Shown here: one piece after another, positions 29,991-39,819 of the stretch
How positions within the stretch are numbered: the stretch's first letter is position 1
Layout of the letters: every line of letters starts with the position of its first letter
NCBI GenBank assembly: GCA_963806225.1
Contig: CAWDXG010000001.1
Location: 160,001 to 224,000 of the forward strand
Length of the DNA: 64,000 bases
Direction: 5' to 3'
Source: an uncultured delta proteobacterium
GTDB taxonomy: Bacteria; Myxococcota_A; Polyangia; Polyangiales; Polyangiaceae
Made by a program: the position numbers and the translations under genes
Notes under the pieces: model-generated
Seen by the model: only the letters and a program-made list of their open reading frames with translations
Told to the model about the DNA's origin: nothing
Databases searched by the model: none

Positions 29991-31594
29991 CCGGGGCTGG
30001 TGTGCCCCAGCGTCTCCAGATCTAGTACCTGTTGCGCTCGATCGTAGAACTGTTCGGCTTCTTCCGGCGTCGACCCGATGGCCGTGAGCCCGAGCTTGCC
30101 GAATTCGCTGAGCGCGCCCAGAAGGTGGAACACGACGCCCGTCTCGTTCCAGGGTCGGTAGTGCAGGTCGTGCACCGCCGCGAAGTCCAGCAGATCCTCC
30201 GGCAACAGCCCCCGGTAGTGCGGCGCCATGAGCGTGTCGGTCGAGACGTAGTAGCGCGCCTCGCCGCGATGCGTGATGTACAGGCCCTGCTCCGGATCGT
30301 ACGCGCCGTCGTTCAGGAGCTTCAACGTCATGATCGGGTGGGTGGTGCCCGTCATGCGCAGGTTGATCTCGATGGCGTAGCGGTTCCACTGTCCGCGTTC
30401 GCCCTGCACCGTGATGAAGTCGACGCCTACGCGCCCGACGCAGCCGCGCTCGACGAGCAGCCGGCCTACCGCGAGCGCATCGTTCTGGATCTCGTGGCGG
30501 TAGGCTTCGCTCGCGGGAAAGCGGCACCCGAGGTAGATCTGTCCGCTCCGGCCGCCGAGCATCTGGTCGTGCGTGCTCATCGCTTCCAGCTCGCCGCGCG
30601 GGTTGATGCGCAGCTGGGCGCTCGGGCTCTCCTTCCTGCGTCCTTCCAGGTACAGCTCGACCACGCCGCCAATGTGGCCGAGCTCGCGCTTGAAGCGTCC
30701 CCAGCTCTCGTTCGGGCCCATGAATTTCAGGTTCTCGAAGCTCCCGAGCACCGCGTCCACGCGCGACTTCCGGGAAGCGTTGCCCGGGGCTACCGCCTTG
30801 AGCCGCTGCGTCGCGAGCGACAGGATGGCGTTGCCCTCGCCGCTGAAACCCTGGTTCAGCTTGACGACCATGCGCTTCGTCTTCGGGTGCTCCTGCCACA
30901 GATCCGCGACAGCCGAAGCCAGCTCGCGCTCGGTGTGGATGTCCTCCACGCCAGGAGGCATCGGGATACCGGCTTCACGGAAGATCTGCCGCGAGCCCGT
31001 CTTGGTGCCGAGCGAGAGCAGATCCGGGTCCACACCGTACAGCGGGATGCCGAGTGCGACCGCCAGACGCCGCTCGCGCTCGCTCACCGTGAAGACTGTC
31101 ATGTGCGCGCGCTCCGGGTCGATCGCGTCGCGGATACGCCGGATCAGTCGCGGGCGTTCGAGGATCTTGTCGGTCAACCCGCGTGGTGTGGAGTCCCGCG
31201 TGCAGAGCAGCGTGAGCCGCTCGCGGGCGTGCGACGTGGGGATACCGCCGATGAGCGCGAGGTAGTAGTCGACCAGCGCCGGATCGAGCGGCTGCGAGGT
31301 GACGTACACCAGCCGTGCGCGCGGGTTGCGGAGCAGCCCCATCGTGAAGAGCATGCGCTCCTCGTAGTGGTTGATGCCGGGAATCGCCGCGAGCTGGAAG
31401 CCGTCGAGCGATAGCGACGGGATCACCACTACATCGCGCGGCCCGCCTTCGATGTCGTTCAGGCTCAGCCAGCGGTGGACCAGCTTCTGCTGCAGCTGTT
31501 TGAAGTGCTTCACCTCCTCGTCGGCCGAGAGCGCGGCGAGCGGGGGAACCGAGGGGCGATTGCGGGGGCGTTCTCCGTGGGATGCCCGGTTCAC
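29987..31594 (-). CDS. PGM1-related ATP-grasp peptide ligase
   Basis: VVIPSLS, HYEERML, LGTKTGSR.IF, VVKLNQGFSGEGNA, SPSAQ, STHDQ.LGG, GVDF, EINLR..GTTHP; GTG overlaps the panE stop. Confidence 0.85.
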   Translation of the reverse strand: MNRASHGERPRNRPSVPPLAALSADEEVKHFKQLQQKLVHRWLSLNDIEGGPRDVVVIPSLSLDGFQLAAIPGINHYEERMLFTMGLLRNPRARLVYVTSQPLDPALVDYYLALIGGIPTSHARERLTLLCTRDSTPRGLTDKILERPRLIRRIRDAIDPERAHMTVFTVSERERRLAVALGIPLYGVDPDLLSLGTKTGSRQIFREAGIPMPPGVEDIHTERELASAVADLWQEHPKTKRMVVKLNQGFSGEGNAILSLATQRLKAVAPGNASRKSRVDAVLGSFENLKFMGPNESWGRFKRELGHIGGVVELYLEGRRKESPSAQLRINPRGELEAMSTHDQMLGGRSGQIYLGCRFPASEAYRHEIQNDALAVGRLLVERGCVGRVGVDFITVQGERGQWNRYAIEINLRMTGTTHPIMTLKLLNDGAYDPEQGLYITHRGEARYYVSTDTLMAPHYRGLLPEDLLDFAAVHDLHYRPWNETGVVFHLLGALSEFGKLGLTAIGSTPEEAEQFYDRAQQVLDLETLGHTSPG

Positions 31595-32538
31595 GCCCCC
31601 TCCCGGGAGCTCGCGGGCGGCTCCGTATAGCTCTGCTGGAGCCCATGCAGCAGCGCCAGCAAGGCCTGGTGCACCGGCGTCGGGATGCCGTGGGTGCGCC
31701 CGCGGCGGACCACGGCGCCCTGCAGTGCATCCGCCTCGGTCGGGCGCCCTGCGCGCACGTCCTGCAGCATCGAAGGTTCGGTGTCCTGGAACAGGCCGCG
31801 CGTCACGTTGAGCATCGCGTCGATGCTGGACTCGCCGAGCAGCACGTCTTCCGCCCGGGCGACCTCCACGACCTCGTGCATCGCGCGCGTCGCGAGCTCT
31901 TCCAGCTCCGAAAGCGCCAGCACCTCTCCTGCGGGCAGGCGCGTGAGCGCGCAGATGGCGTTGAACGGCGCGTTCCACAAGAGCTTCTGCCACAGCATGT
32001 GCGCGAGGTTCTTGTCGACGTTGCAGGGGAAGGCCTTGCCGAGCTCCGCCGCCAGCCGGTCCACCAGCTTCTCCTGCGCGTGCACCACGGGCGCGATACT
32101 CATCATGCCGCCCGCGCGCAGATACAGCCGCCCCGGAGCGACGTGCCCCGCGGCCATCATCGCCACGCCGCCAACCACCCGCTCGAGGCCGATCACGTTG
32201 CCGAGCTCGTCTTCTGAATCGAGCCCGTTCAAGAGCGGGACGGCTACGCCGTGCTCGCCGAGCGCCGCGCCCGTGCCGGCCGCCACCGCGCCGAGGCCGG
32301 ATGCCTTCACCGCGACCAGTGCCAGGTCGGCGCCGAGCCCGCGCGCCTGGTCGATGTGCTCGATGACCGGGCCCCGCCCGACGAGCTTGCCGTGAGGCGT
32401 TTCCACCACGAGGCCGTGCTCGCGGATTGCCGCCGCGTGCGCGCCCCGGGCCAGGAACGTGACCTCGTGCCCCGCCAGCGCCAGCTTCGCGCCGAAATAG
32501 CCACCGACCGCTCCGGCACCCACCACCAGGATCCGCAT
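31591..32538 (-). CDS. panE: 2-dehydropantoate 2-reductase
   Basis: ILVVGAGAVGG, AVK, LLNGL, WQKLLWN, SMLQD..GRPTE. Confidence 0.9.
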   Translation of the reverse strand: MRILVVGAGAVGGYFGAKLALAGHEVTFLARGAHAAAIREHGLVVETPHGKLVGRGPVIEHIDQARGLGADLALVAVKASGLGAVAAGTGAALGEHGVAVPLLNGLDSEDELGNVIGLERVVGGVAMMAAGHVAPGRLYLRAGGMMSIAPVVHAQEKLVDRLAAELGKAFPCNVDKNLAHMLWQKLLWNAPFNAICALTRLPAGEVLALSELEELATRAMHEVVEVARAEDVLLGESSIDAMLNVTRGLFQDTEPSMLQDVRAGRPTEADALQGAVVRRGRTHGIPTPVHQALLALLHGLQQSYTEPPASSREGA

Positions 32539-32629
32539 GGGTCCCAGCCTAGCAAATCCGCCGCTGTGTCGTGAGCCCAGCTCTGCCGGGAAAATGACTT
32601 CCATTGGCCGGCGGTGGCACAATGCGGCC

Positions 32630-33957
32630 GTGCGCTACGCGCTGACGATAGCTTTTGCCTTGCTTGCCGGCGCCGGGACCCTCTGCGCCGGGCCGGCGCA
32701 AGCCGAACCGGCCGCCGCAGCGCCGCGCGCCGACCGTCGCGTGGTGGTGGTGGCGGACGTCACCGACGAACGTCGACCGCCAACGCGCAAATGCGCGCGG
32801 CGGTGTTCGAGACCGTGCGCAAGCGCGGCTATTCGCCCGCAGCAGGGGCCGACGTGGACGGCGCGGCGCAGCAGGCCGGCGCCCTGGACGCGGGGCGCGT
32901 CAGCACGGCGCCCGCGTCGCTCGGCAAGCTGCGCGATCAGCTCGGCGTCGGACTCGTCATGCGCGTCTCGTCGGAGTGGGTGCGCGGCGACCAGACCGGC
33001 GTGCGGGTCACGCTGGTCACCGCCCAGGGCATGAAGTCCCAGGTCGTCGCTGCACCGACGGTCAATCCGCGTCCCGATGTCGCCAAAGCCGCGGGCGCGA
33101 TGCTCGACTCGCTCATCGGCGAAGAGCCCAAGGCCACGTCGGCGGCGGCTCCGGCGCCTAGCGCGGCTCCCGCGCCCGCCGCGTCCTCGAGCGCCGGGGC
33201 CGCCGGAGCGACTCCGGGCGGCCCCGGCGTCATCCTGCCGAGCTCGCCCGCGCCGGGGGCCGACGAACCGCCGCCGCTGAAGCCGAGCGAGGCGTGGGCC
33301 AAGCGCGGTGGAGTCGTCGCCAGTTACGAGGCGCGCGCCATCGTCACCGGCGCGATGCTCCCCGACACCGCCTATTCCAGCGTGAACCCCGTCACCAAGC
33401 TGACCGAGACCGGAAAGGCGAACACCCTTGGTATCGGCGGCGGGGTCGGCGTGCGGTTGTCCATGCTCTACCTGCCGCTGCCCGATCCCACCACCTCGAG
33501 CGGCAGCTTCGCGGCGTTCCAGCTCGGCACCGGCGTCGATGGCAGCGTGCTCTACGTGCGGCCCCCCTCGGGCTATGCCTACGACATCTCCAACAACAAG
33601 GTGGCCGCTCGCGGTCTCAAGCGCCAGGACCGCGCGTGGCTCTACGCCAACGTACCGCTGCAGCTCGGCGTGCATTTCGGCATCGGGAGCTTCCGCACGC
33701 AGACCATCTGGCGCGGCGTCGTGCTGGGGCTGGTCTACTCGCCCACGTGGACCTACCGGCTCGACATCCAGTCGCTCGACGGGGAAGGCAGGTTCAACTT
33801 TGCCGGCTTCGAAGCGGACCTCGACGTGGCGTCGATCGAAGCGCGCCGCGGCCTCGTCTCCGAATCCCAGATCCGCGTCTCCGCCTACGTCCTGCCGCGC
33901 GTAAAGAGCGACCTGCCGTGGCTCGCGTCGATCGGGATCGGCGCGGTCTGGTACTGA
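32630..33957 (+). CDS. Hypothetical secreted / outer-membrane protein; frameshift near 32770
   Basis: Signal peptide in the frame of ORF 32537, body in the frame of ORF 32614; beta-rich C-terminus ending AVWY. Confidence 0.6.
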
Positions 33958-34012
33958 CGGTTGGCGAAACCAGAAACCACGCCCCGGCCGCGATGAGCGT
34001 GGGCGCTGTGCG

Positions 34013-34978
34013 CTATTTCCGCTCCAGCCGCTCCTTGCCCAGGCGCGTGTCGGACGGGTTCGCCCAGGTGCCGTCGAGGCGGGTGCCGCTCACGCTGTAG
34101 GCGACGACGCCGGGCGGCGTGCCCTGGCCCCAGCCGACGCTGAGCACGTGATCCTTCAGGATGCCGACGCCGGCGTAGCTGGTGCCCGGGATAGACCAGG
34201 CAAGCTGATACACGTCGCTCTTGTGCGCGATCTTCACGCTGCCGGTGTAGCTGCTGCCGTTGGGGTTCTTCCCGGTCGTGATCTTGTAGGTACCTGACAG
34301 GCCCGGCGGACCCTCGAGCACCTCGCTGCCCACACCGGTTCCGGAGCCGCTCGCCCACACGCCGTCGAGCCTGCCGCCGTTCACCTTGTAGACGACGACG
34401 CCGGGCGCGCCGCCTGTGCTCCAGCCGACGCCGAGCACGCTGCCCACGTGCAGGCCGACGCCGACGTATCCCGCCGAGCCCGTGATGGTCCAGCCGAGGT
34501 GGTACACGTCGCCGCTGCGGGTGATGGCCACGCTGCCCGTGTAGCCCGCACCGCCGCCGGGATTCGCCGCGGCGGCGATGCGATATTGCCCCGCGACGCC
34601 ATCGGGATCCGGCGTGGCGATCGGTGCCGGGGGTGCGGTCTGCGAGCCAGCCGGCTCGTGCAGGCAGCGCGTGGCAGAGGTCTCTTCGCGATCCCCGTCG
34701 TCGTACTGGATCTTCACGCCTCCCTGTCCGTCTGCCTGGTCGACGCGGCCCGGGTAGTACACGCCGCGCGCCTTCCAGTTGCAGATCACACGATCCCCGG
34801 TTGCGATCGGGGCGCCGCACCTGGGTGCGGGCGTGGAGCTGGCTGCCACGGTCGGTGTGGGCGCTGGAGCTGGCGGTGCGGTTGGCCCATGCGTCCCGGC
34901 AGCGGGCTCTGTGCCTGCGAACACGCGCGGCGAGCATCCGACCACGATCACCCCGAGCCCGAGTAGGAAGCTCCGCAT
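34013..34978 (-). CDS. Lipoprotein with Tudor/SH3-like domain and two tandem beta-barrel repeats
   Basis: Lipobox VVGC; YYPGRV...IQYDDGDRE; duplicated NP.G..YTGSV.I...DVY.L.W.I....Y.GVG unit. Confidence 0.7.
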   Translation of the reverse strand: MRSFLLGLGVIVVGCSPRVFAGTEPAAGTHGPTAPPAPAPTPTVAASSTPAPRCGAPIATGDRVICNWKARGVYYPGRVDQADGQGGVKIQYDDGDREETSATRCLHEPAGSQTAPPAPIATPDPDGVAGQYRIAAAANPGGGAGYTGSVAITRSGDVYHLGWTITGSAGYVGVGLHVGSVLGVGWSTGGAPGVVVYKVNGGRLDGVWASGSGTGVGSEVLEGPPGLSGTYKITTGKNPNGSSYTGSVKIAHKSDVYQLAWSIPGTSYAGVGILKDHVLSVGWGQGTPPGVVAYSVSGTRLDGTWANPSDTRLGKERLERK

Positions 34979-35024
34979 GGCGGTCACGCTAGCCTGGGCT
35001 TGCCGCAGCGTCGAGCGCCGCTGC

Positions 35025-36386
35025 TCACCGATTCCGCACGAGCGTGACCGGCACCGCCACGACGGCGCTGCCTTCCGCCGGAGGATGGAATTCCGCTGCG
35101 CGGGCCCTCTGGACCATGCACCCGACGAGGGTCGGCGACAGGTTGCCGCTGTGGGTCGCGCTCACCTTGTCGACCTCGCCGCCGGCGCCGATCTGCAGCG
35201 TCAGCCGCACCTTGCCCTGGGCGTCTGGATTGCTCTCGATCTCGCGTCGGTAGCAGGCATGGAAGGCGGGGCGCATGCCCAACACGACGCGCTGCGCGTT
35301 GTCCACGGTGCCGACGGTGGTTCTGCTCGCGACCGCGGTTTTCGTCACCGGCCCGGCGACGTGCTGCACGTTGCCGGTGCTGGTGTCCTCCGCACCAGTG
35401 CGTGTGCCGATGCCGGCCAGGCCCTCGTCCGCGCCCGGACGCAACGGCACACCGGATGCTTCGACGTGGAACGGATCCCCGCTGCCCACGCCGGCGCTGC
35501 TCTTCGCGGCCCGGTCCAGTGCGGCCGTCGGGACCTCGTGTCCGCCGAGCACGTCCGCAGTGGCAGGGCGGTTCGACGCCAGCGCGCCAAGGGTCTTCAT
35601 CTCGATGGCATCGAGCTGGTGCTGCAGGCGTGCGGCGCTCGCGGCGCCTGTGTGCGCAGGCGCACCCGCGCGACGGCTACGCGCACCGCGGCGGGCGCTG
35701 CGCGGGGGCGACGCTGGCGACTTCGCTTGCGTCGCCGCCGCCGCGCTTTGTTCTGGCGTCTCGACCGGCGGCGCGGGCAGGGTACGCATCGATTCGATCA
35801 GTCCCGTGACCTGGACACCGTCGTCCACGACCGGGTCGACCCAGTCCGAGAACAGCACGCCCATCAGCCCGAAGTGCAACAGGAACGACAGCGCCGCGAT
35901 GATCATCGTGCCCCAGTCGTCCCGCTCCCGATGCATCACCGAAAGCGGTAACTGCGGGCGCGGTCGTTCCGGTGGCGCCGGCACCAGCTGGAACAGCAGC
36001 GTGGTGCTTCCGATCAGTATCCTGCCGCGCGCATCGCGATCGAGCTCGAGGGGAGGCGACTGCTCTGTCAGCTCGAGCACTTCTCCCGCACACGCCACGC
36101 GTGCCCGCATTCCGGCTCCGGGCACGAGCCGCCAGCTGTCTCCGCGCCGTTCGAGCAATCGGTGCAGGCGCGACGGAGCGCCGGCGGGCAGCACCACATC
36201 CGCGCGCTCGCTGGGCCCGACGGTCAGCATCCCGCTGTCGAGTACGCGCTCCTCGTAGAGGCGGCTCGCGCGCACCACGCCGACTCTGAGCACGCGGGCG
36301 CGCGACAGTCCCGCGGCGCGCATCACCGCGGTCATGCGACCGGAGGCGGAAGATGGACCTCTCGCCTGCGGTAGCGGTTCGTGCAT
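35025..36386 (-). CDS. AgmX/PglI C-terminal (TonB-C-like) domain protein, GltG-like architecture
   Basis: VLRVGVV...EERV FHA-like N-terminus, single TM SFLLH, CY..E...NP...GKV...C...F C-terminal domain; start could be 36335. Confidence 0.75.
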   Translation of the reverse strand: MHEPLPQARGPSSASGRMTAVMRAAGLSRARVLRVGVVRASRLYEERVLDSGMLTVGPSERADVVLPAGAPSRLHRLLERRGDSWRLVPGAGMRARVACAGEVLELTEQSPPLELDRDARGRILIGSTTLLFQLVPAPPERPRPQLPLSVMHRERDDWGTMIIAALSFLLHFGLMGVLFSDWVDPVVDDGVQVTGLIESMRTLPAPPVETPEQSAAAATQAKSPASPPRSARRGARSRRAGAPAHTGAASAARLQHQLDAIEMKTLGALASNRPATADVLGGHEVPTAALDRAAKSSAGVGSGDPFHVEASGVPLRPGADEGLAGIGTRTGAEDTSTGNVQHVAGPVTKTAVASRTTVGTVDNAQRVVLGMRPAFHACYRREIESNPDAQGKVRLTLQIGAGGEVDKVSATHSGNLSPTLVGCMVQRARAAEFHPPAEGSAVVAVPVTLVRNR

Positions 36387-36533
36387 GGCGGACCCTCCGT
36401 GCGCGGCGCGTCGCCCTGGCGACGGCCTCCAGTCGGCGCCGCGAGCACTCGCTGCTCGCGGCGATAGACCCATGTGACACGCGCGTGCCCAGGAAGTTCC
36501 CGGTGCATCGAGGGGAACGGGTACAATGCCGGC

Positions 36534-37193
36534 ATGAGACCCCGACGCGGATCGACCCGGTGGATGGTGGTGTGCGCGGCTGCGTTCGCCTTGACGGCGT
36601 GCGGAGGGGGCGACAAGGCCGGGGGCGGCAGCGGTGGTACGTCGGGCACCGGTGGTGCTGCGGGTAGTGCAGGCACGTCCAACGGCGGCGCGTCCGGCAG
36701 CGCGGGCGCGGCGGGCAGTGGCGGCGCGGCGGGCAGTGGCGGCACCGCGGGTGGTGGCGGTACGTCGGGCAGCGCGGGCTCCTCGGGCAGTGGCGGTACG
36801 TCGGGCAGCGCGGGCTCCGCGGGCAGTGGCGGCGCGGGCGGCAGTGCGGGATCGAGCGGCACGACGGTGGCGTGCGGCAGCAGCCAGTGCAGCCTTCCGG
36901 GGAAGATCTGCTGCCACCACAATAACCAGCCCGCACAGTGCCAGACCGCGGGAGCTGCCTGTACCTACGGCGTCGTGCTCGCCTGCGACGGACCGGAAGA
37001 CTGCGCGAAGAACCAGGTGTGCTGCGCGACCCTGTTCGTGCAGGGCAAGAACGAGAGCTACGTCTCGACGGCCTGCGCCGCGACCTGCACCGGCAAGACC
37101 GAGCGCGTGGTCTGCGGTGCCAGTGGCCAGTGCCCCAGCGGGCAGGCTTGCTCCACGAGCGATCTGCTCCCGCCCTACCGCGACTGTCGCTAG
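36534..37193 (+). CDS. Cys-rich lipoprotein
   Basis: Lipobox LTAC, long Gly/Ser linker, CDGPEDC...VCC domain. Confidence 0.75.
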   Translation: MRPRRGSTRWMVVCAAAFALTACGGGDKAGGGSGGTSGTGGAAGSAGTSNGGASGSAGAAGSGGAAGSGGTAGGGGTSGSAGSSGSGGTSGSAGSAGSGGAGGSAGSSGTTVACGSSQCSLPGKICCHHNNQPAQCQTAGAACTYGVVLACDGPEDCAKNQVCCATLFVQGKNESYVSTACAATCTGKTERVVCGASGQCPSGQACSTSDLLPPYRDCR

Positions 37194-37205
37194 TTCGCGC
37201 CGTCG

Positions 37206-37232
37206 TGTCACAGCGGGCCGCGCTGTCTCGTC
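37206..37232 (+). promoter_or_regulatory. ECF41-type promoter
   Basis: Exact TGTCACA-N16-CGTC upstream of the CMD gene. Confidence 0.85.
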
Positions 37233-37257
37233 CATCCCGGTGGAAGGAGACAGTGCG

Positions 37258-37803
37258 ATGTTCAAGTGGCTGATACGAAAGCGGATTGCAGCGTTCGAAC
37301 GAGAGTTCGACTACGACCTGGCCTACGCGCGACAAGTGCTCCAGGCGGACACGCGCGCGTTCCTGACGCTGAGCCGCATGCTGGGAATGTCGAGCTATCG
37401 GCGCGATGTGCCCGCCGACGTGAGCTACGCGGTCAAGCTCACCGGCACGCTCGCCGAGGACTGCGGGCCGTGCACGCAGCTGATGGTCACGATGGCGCTC
37501 GGCCAGGGCGTCGCCGCGGGCACGCTGGCGGCGATCCTCGCCGGCGACACCGACCGCATGGGCGAGCCGGTCGCGCTCGGCGTCCGCTTCGCCAGAGCCG
37601 TGCTCGCCCACGACCCGGAAGCGGACGAGCTACGCGACGAGATCCTGCACCGCTGGGGGCCGCGCGGGCTGGTCTCGCTCGCGTTCGGGCTGACGGCCTC
37701 GCGGCTCTACCCCACGCTCAAGTACGCGCTCGGTCACGGCCAGGCGTGCCGCCGCATCGTGGTTGCCGGTGAGCCGGTGAGCGTGGCACGAGTAGCGGCG
37801 TGA
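37258..37803 (+). CDS. Carboxymuconolactone decarboxylase/AhpD-like protein
   Basis: SD AAGGAG; EDCGPC CxxC; overlaps the start of the sigma factor gene. Confidence 0.75.
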   Translation: MFKWLIRKRIAAFEREFDYDLAYARQVLQADTRAFLTLSRMLGMSSYRRDVPADVSYAVKLTGTLAEDCGPCTQLMVTMALGQGVAAGTLAAILAGDTDRMGEPVALGVRFARAVLAHDPEADELRDEILHRWGPRGLVSLAFGLTASRLYPTLKYALGHGQACRRIVVAGEPVSVARVAA

Positions 37804-38645
37804 CCCACGACGCCGCCAGCTTCGAGCAGCATCGGCGCTACCTGGTGGGCGTGGCCTACCGTATGCTCGGATCGGTTGCCGAGGCCGAGGACGCGGTGCA
37901 GGACGCGTTCCTGCGCTGGCGGGGCGTCGAGCCTTCCGGCGTCGCTGAACCGCGCGCGTATCTGGCGCGGATCGTCACGCGGCTGTGCCTCGATCGGCTC
38001 AACTCCGCACAGCGTCGGCGCGAGCAGTACGTGGGAACCTGGTTGCCCGAGCCAGTGGTCGGCGAGCCGGCGGCTTCCAACATCTCCGAGGACATCTCGT
38101 TCGCGCTACTCATGACCCTGGAGCGGCTCTCACCGCTGGAACGCGCCGCGTTCCTGCTGCACGACGTGTTCGACATGGCCTACCCGGAGATCGCCGCCGC
38201 GCTCGGGCGCTCCCAGGCCGCGTGCCGGCAGCTGGCCGCGCGCGCCCGCGAGCACGTCAGGAAGGAGCGCCCGCGATTCGAACCCGATCACGGCGCCGAG
38301 GACAGGCTGGTCGACGCCTTTGCAGCAGCGATGACAACCGGCAACGTCGCAGAGCTCGCGGCTCTGCTCGCCGAAGACGCCGTGCTCTACACCGACGGGG
38401 GCGGCAAACGCGTCGCGGCGCTGAACCCGATCTACGGCCGCGACAAGATCCTGCGCTTCTTCAGCGGTGTCTCGAAGAAGCGGCGTCTGTCGACCACCGG
38501 TACGCCGGCACGTGTCAACGGCCTGCCGGGCTTCGTGCTGCACGAACACGGCGACGTCGAGACGCTTGCGCTCGAGATCCGCGAAGGCCGCATCGTGGCG
38601 CTCTACTCGGTCCGCAATCCGGACAAGCTCAGGCACCTGGCTTGA
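37800..38645 (+). CDS. sigJ: ECF41 (SigJ-type) RNA polymerase sigma factor with SnoaL-like extension
   Basis: AYRMLGS, WLPEP, DGGGK, NPDKL signature motifs. Confidence 0.92.
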   Translation: MTHDAASFEQHRRYLVGVAYRMLGSVAEAEDAVQDAFLRWRGVEPSGVAEPRAYLARIVTRLCLDRLNSAQRRREQYVGTWLPEPVVGEPAASNISEDISFALLMTLERLSPLERAAFLLHDVFDMAYPEIAAALGRSQAACRQLAARAREHVRKERPRFEPDHGAEDRLVDAFAAAMTTGNVAELAALLAEDAVLYTDGGGKRVAALNPIYGRDKILRFFSGVSKKRRLSTTGTPARVNGLPGFVLHEHGDVETLALEIREGRIVALYSVRNPDKLRHLA

Positions 38646-38872
38646 GCGGCCGCTTGACGGAGCGGCGAGCATCCGCTCCAGAGCGAGCTCGAGTCGACGG
38701 AACCATCGCGCCCGACCAAAGCGACGGGGCGGCAGTCTCCGACCAGCGCATAGCCCTCGATCCGGTTCACGATCTTCTGCTCCGCACGCGGCCGCTCCCG
38801 GGACAACCCACGCGATCCCGCGGGGAAGAGGAGCATTCCCCTGGCCTCGGGGCTTTTTGGTACGATGAACCC

Positions 38873-39691
38873 ATGCGCGTGCGCGCGGGGACCAGTGGCT
38901 TCAGCTACAAGGAGTGGAAGGGCAGCTTCTATCCGGACAAGCTGCAAAGCTCCGGGATGCTGCGCTTCTATGCGTCCGCACTCCCGGCGGTGGAGATCAA
39001 CAACACCTTCTACCGGATGCCGAAGCCCGACGTGCTGGCCGGCTGGGCCGAGCAGGTGCCGGCGGATTTCCGCTTCGTGCTCAAGGCATCGCGGCGCATC
39101 ACGCACCAGCAGCAGCTCAGGGACTCGATGGACTCGGTGGCCTACCTGTTCAAGGTCGCGGCCATCCTCGAAGATCGTCTGGGGCCCGTGCTGTTCCAGC
39201 TGCCGCCGTTCCTGAAGAAGAACGTGGAGCTGTTGCGCGACTTCCTGGCAGTTCTGCCGGACGGATTCCGGGCCGCGTTCGAGTTCCGCGAGGCGTCGTG
39301 GTTCGACGACGAGGTGTACGCGGCGCTCGCAGAGCACAATGCAGCGCTGGTCGGCGGCGATATGGACGACCCGCGCCGCGCGCCGCCGCTGGTGGCCACG
39401 GCCGACTGGGGCTATCTCCGCTTTCGCGCGGCCGACTACAGCGAAGCCGATCTGGATCGCTGGGCGGCGAAGCTCGGTGAGCAGCCCTGGCAGGAGGCCT
39501 ACGCCTTCTTCAAGCACGAGACGCGCGGTCCGGAGCTTGCGCTCGCTCTGGACGCCCGCTTCGCCGCCGCGGGTCCCGGCGTGGTCAAGCCGAAAGCCAA
39601 ACGCGCCGGTGTGGTCGCACCCAAGGCCAAACGCCCCGGTGTGGCCAAGCCGAAAGCCAAGCGCGGCAAGCGCCCGGCGCGCTCCGGCTGA
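38873..39691 (+). CDS. DUF72 domain protein with basic C-terminal repeat tail
   Basis: GTSGFSYKEW, VEINNTFY, LFQLPP, AFEFR, YLR, FFKH. Confidence 0.92.
   Translation: MRVRAGTSGFSYKEWKGSFYPDKLQSSGMLRFYASALPAVEINNTFYRMPKPDVLAGWAEQVPADFRFVLKASRRITHQQQLRDSMDSVAYLFKVAAILEDRLGPVLFQLPPFLKKNVELLRDFLAVLPDGFRAAFEFREASWFDDEVYAALAEHNAALVGGDMDDPRRAPPLVATADWGYLRFRAADYSEADLDRWAAKLGEQPWQEAYAFFKHETRGPELALALDARFAAAGPGVVKPKAKRAGVVAPKAKRPGVAKPKAKRGKRPARSG
39578..39667 (+). repeat. Imperfect 30-bp tandem repeat x3 (GVVKPKAKRA-like)
   Basis: GVVKPKAKRA / GVVAPKAKRP / GVAKPKAKRG. Confidence 0.8.
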
Positions 39692-39819
39692 GAGCGACGC
39701 GTCCCACGCCCGCGCGGCGTTGACGATGCTCAACGAGATCAGGGCTGGACGCCAACAACTGCACGGCGGCCGAGCGCGATCGGCTTGACCCACGGGGCAG
39801 GGACGGACGACGCTTGGGC

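Noticed and set aside
36534..37193. Cys-rich lipoproteins (also 24991 and 56173) as RiPP precursors or multihaem cytochromes
   Set aside because: No CxxCH motifs and no maturases nearby; lipobox + linker + disulfide-rich domain is common in this lineage
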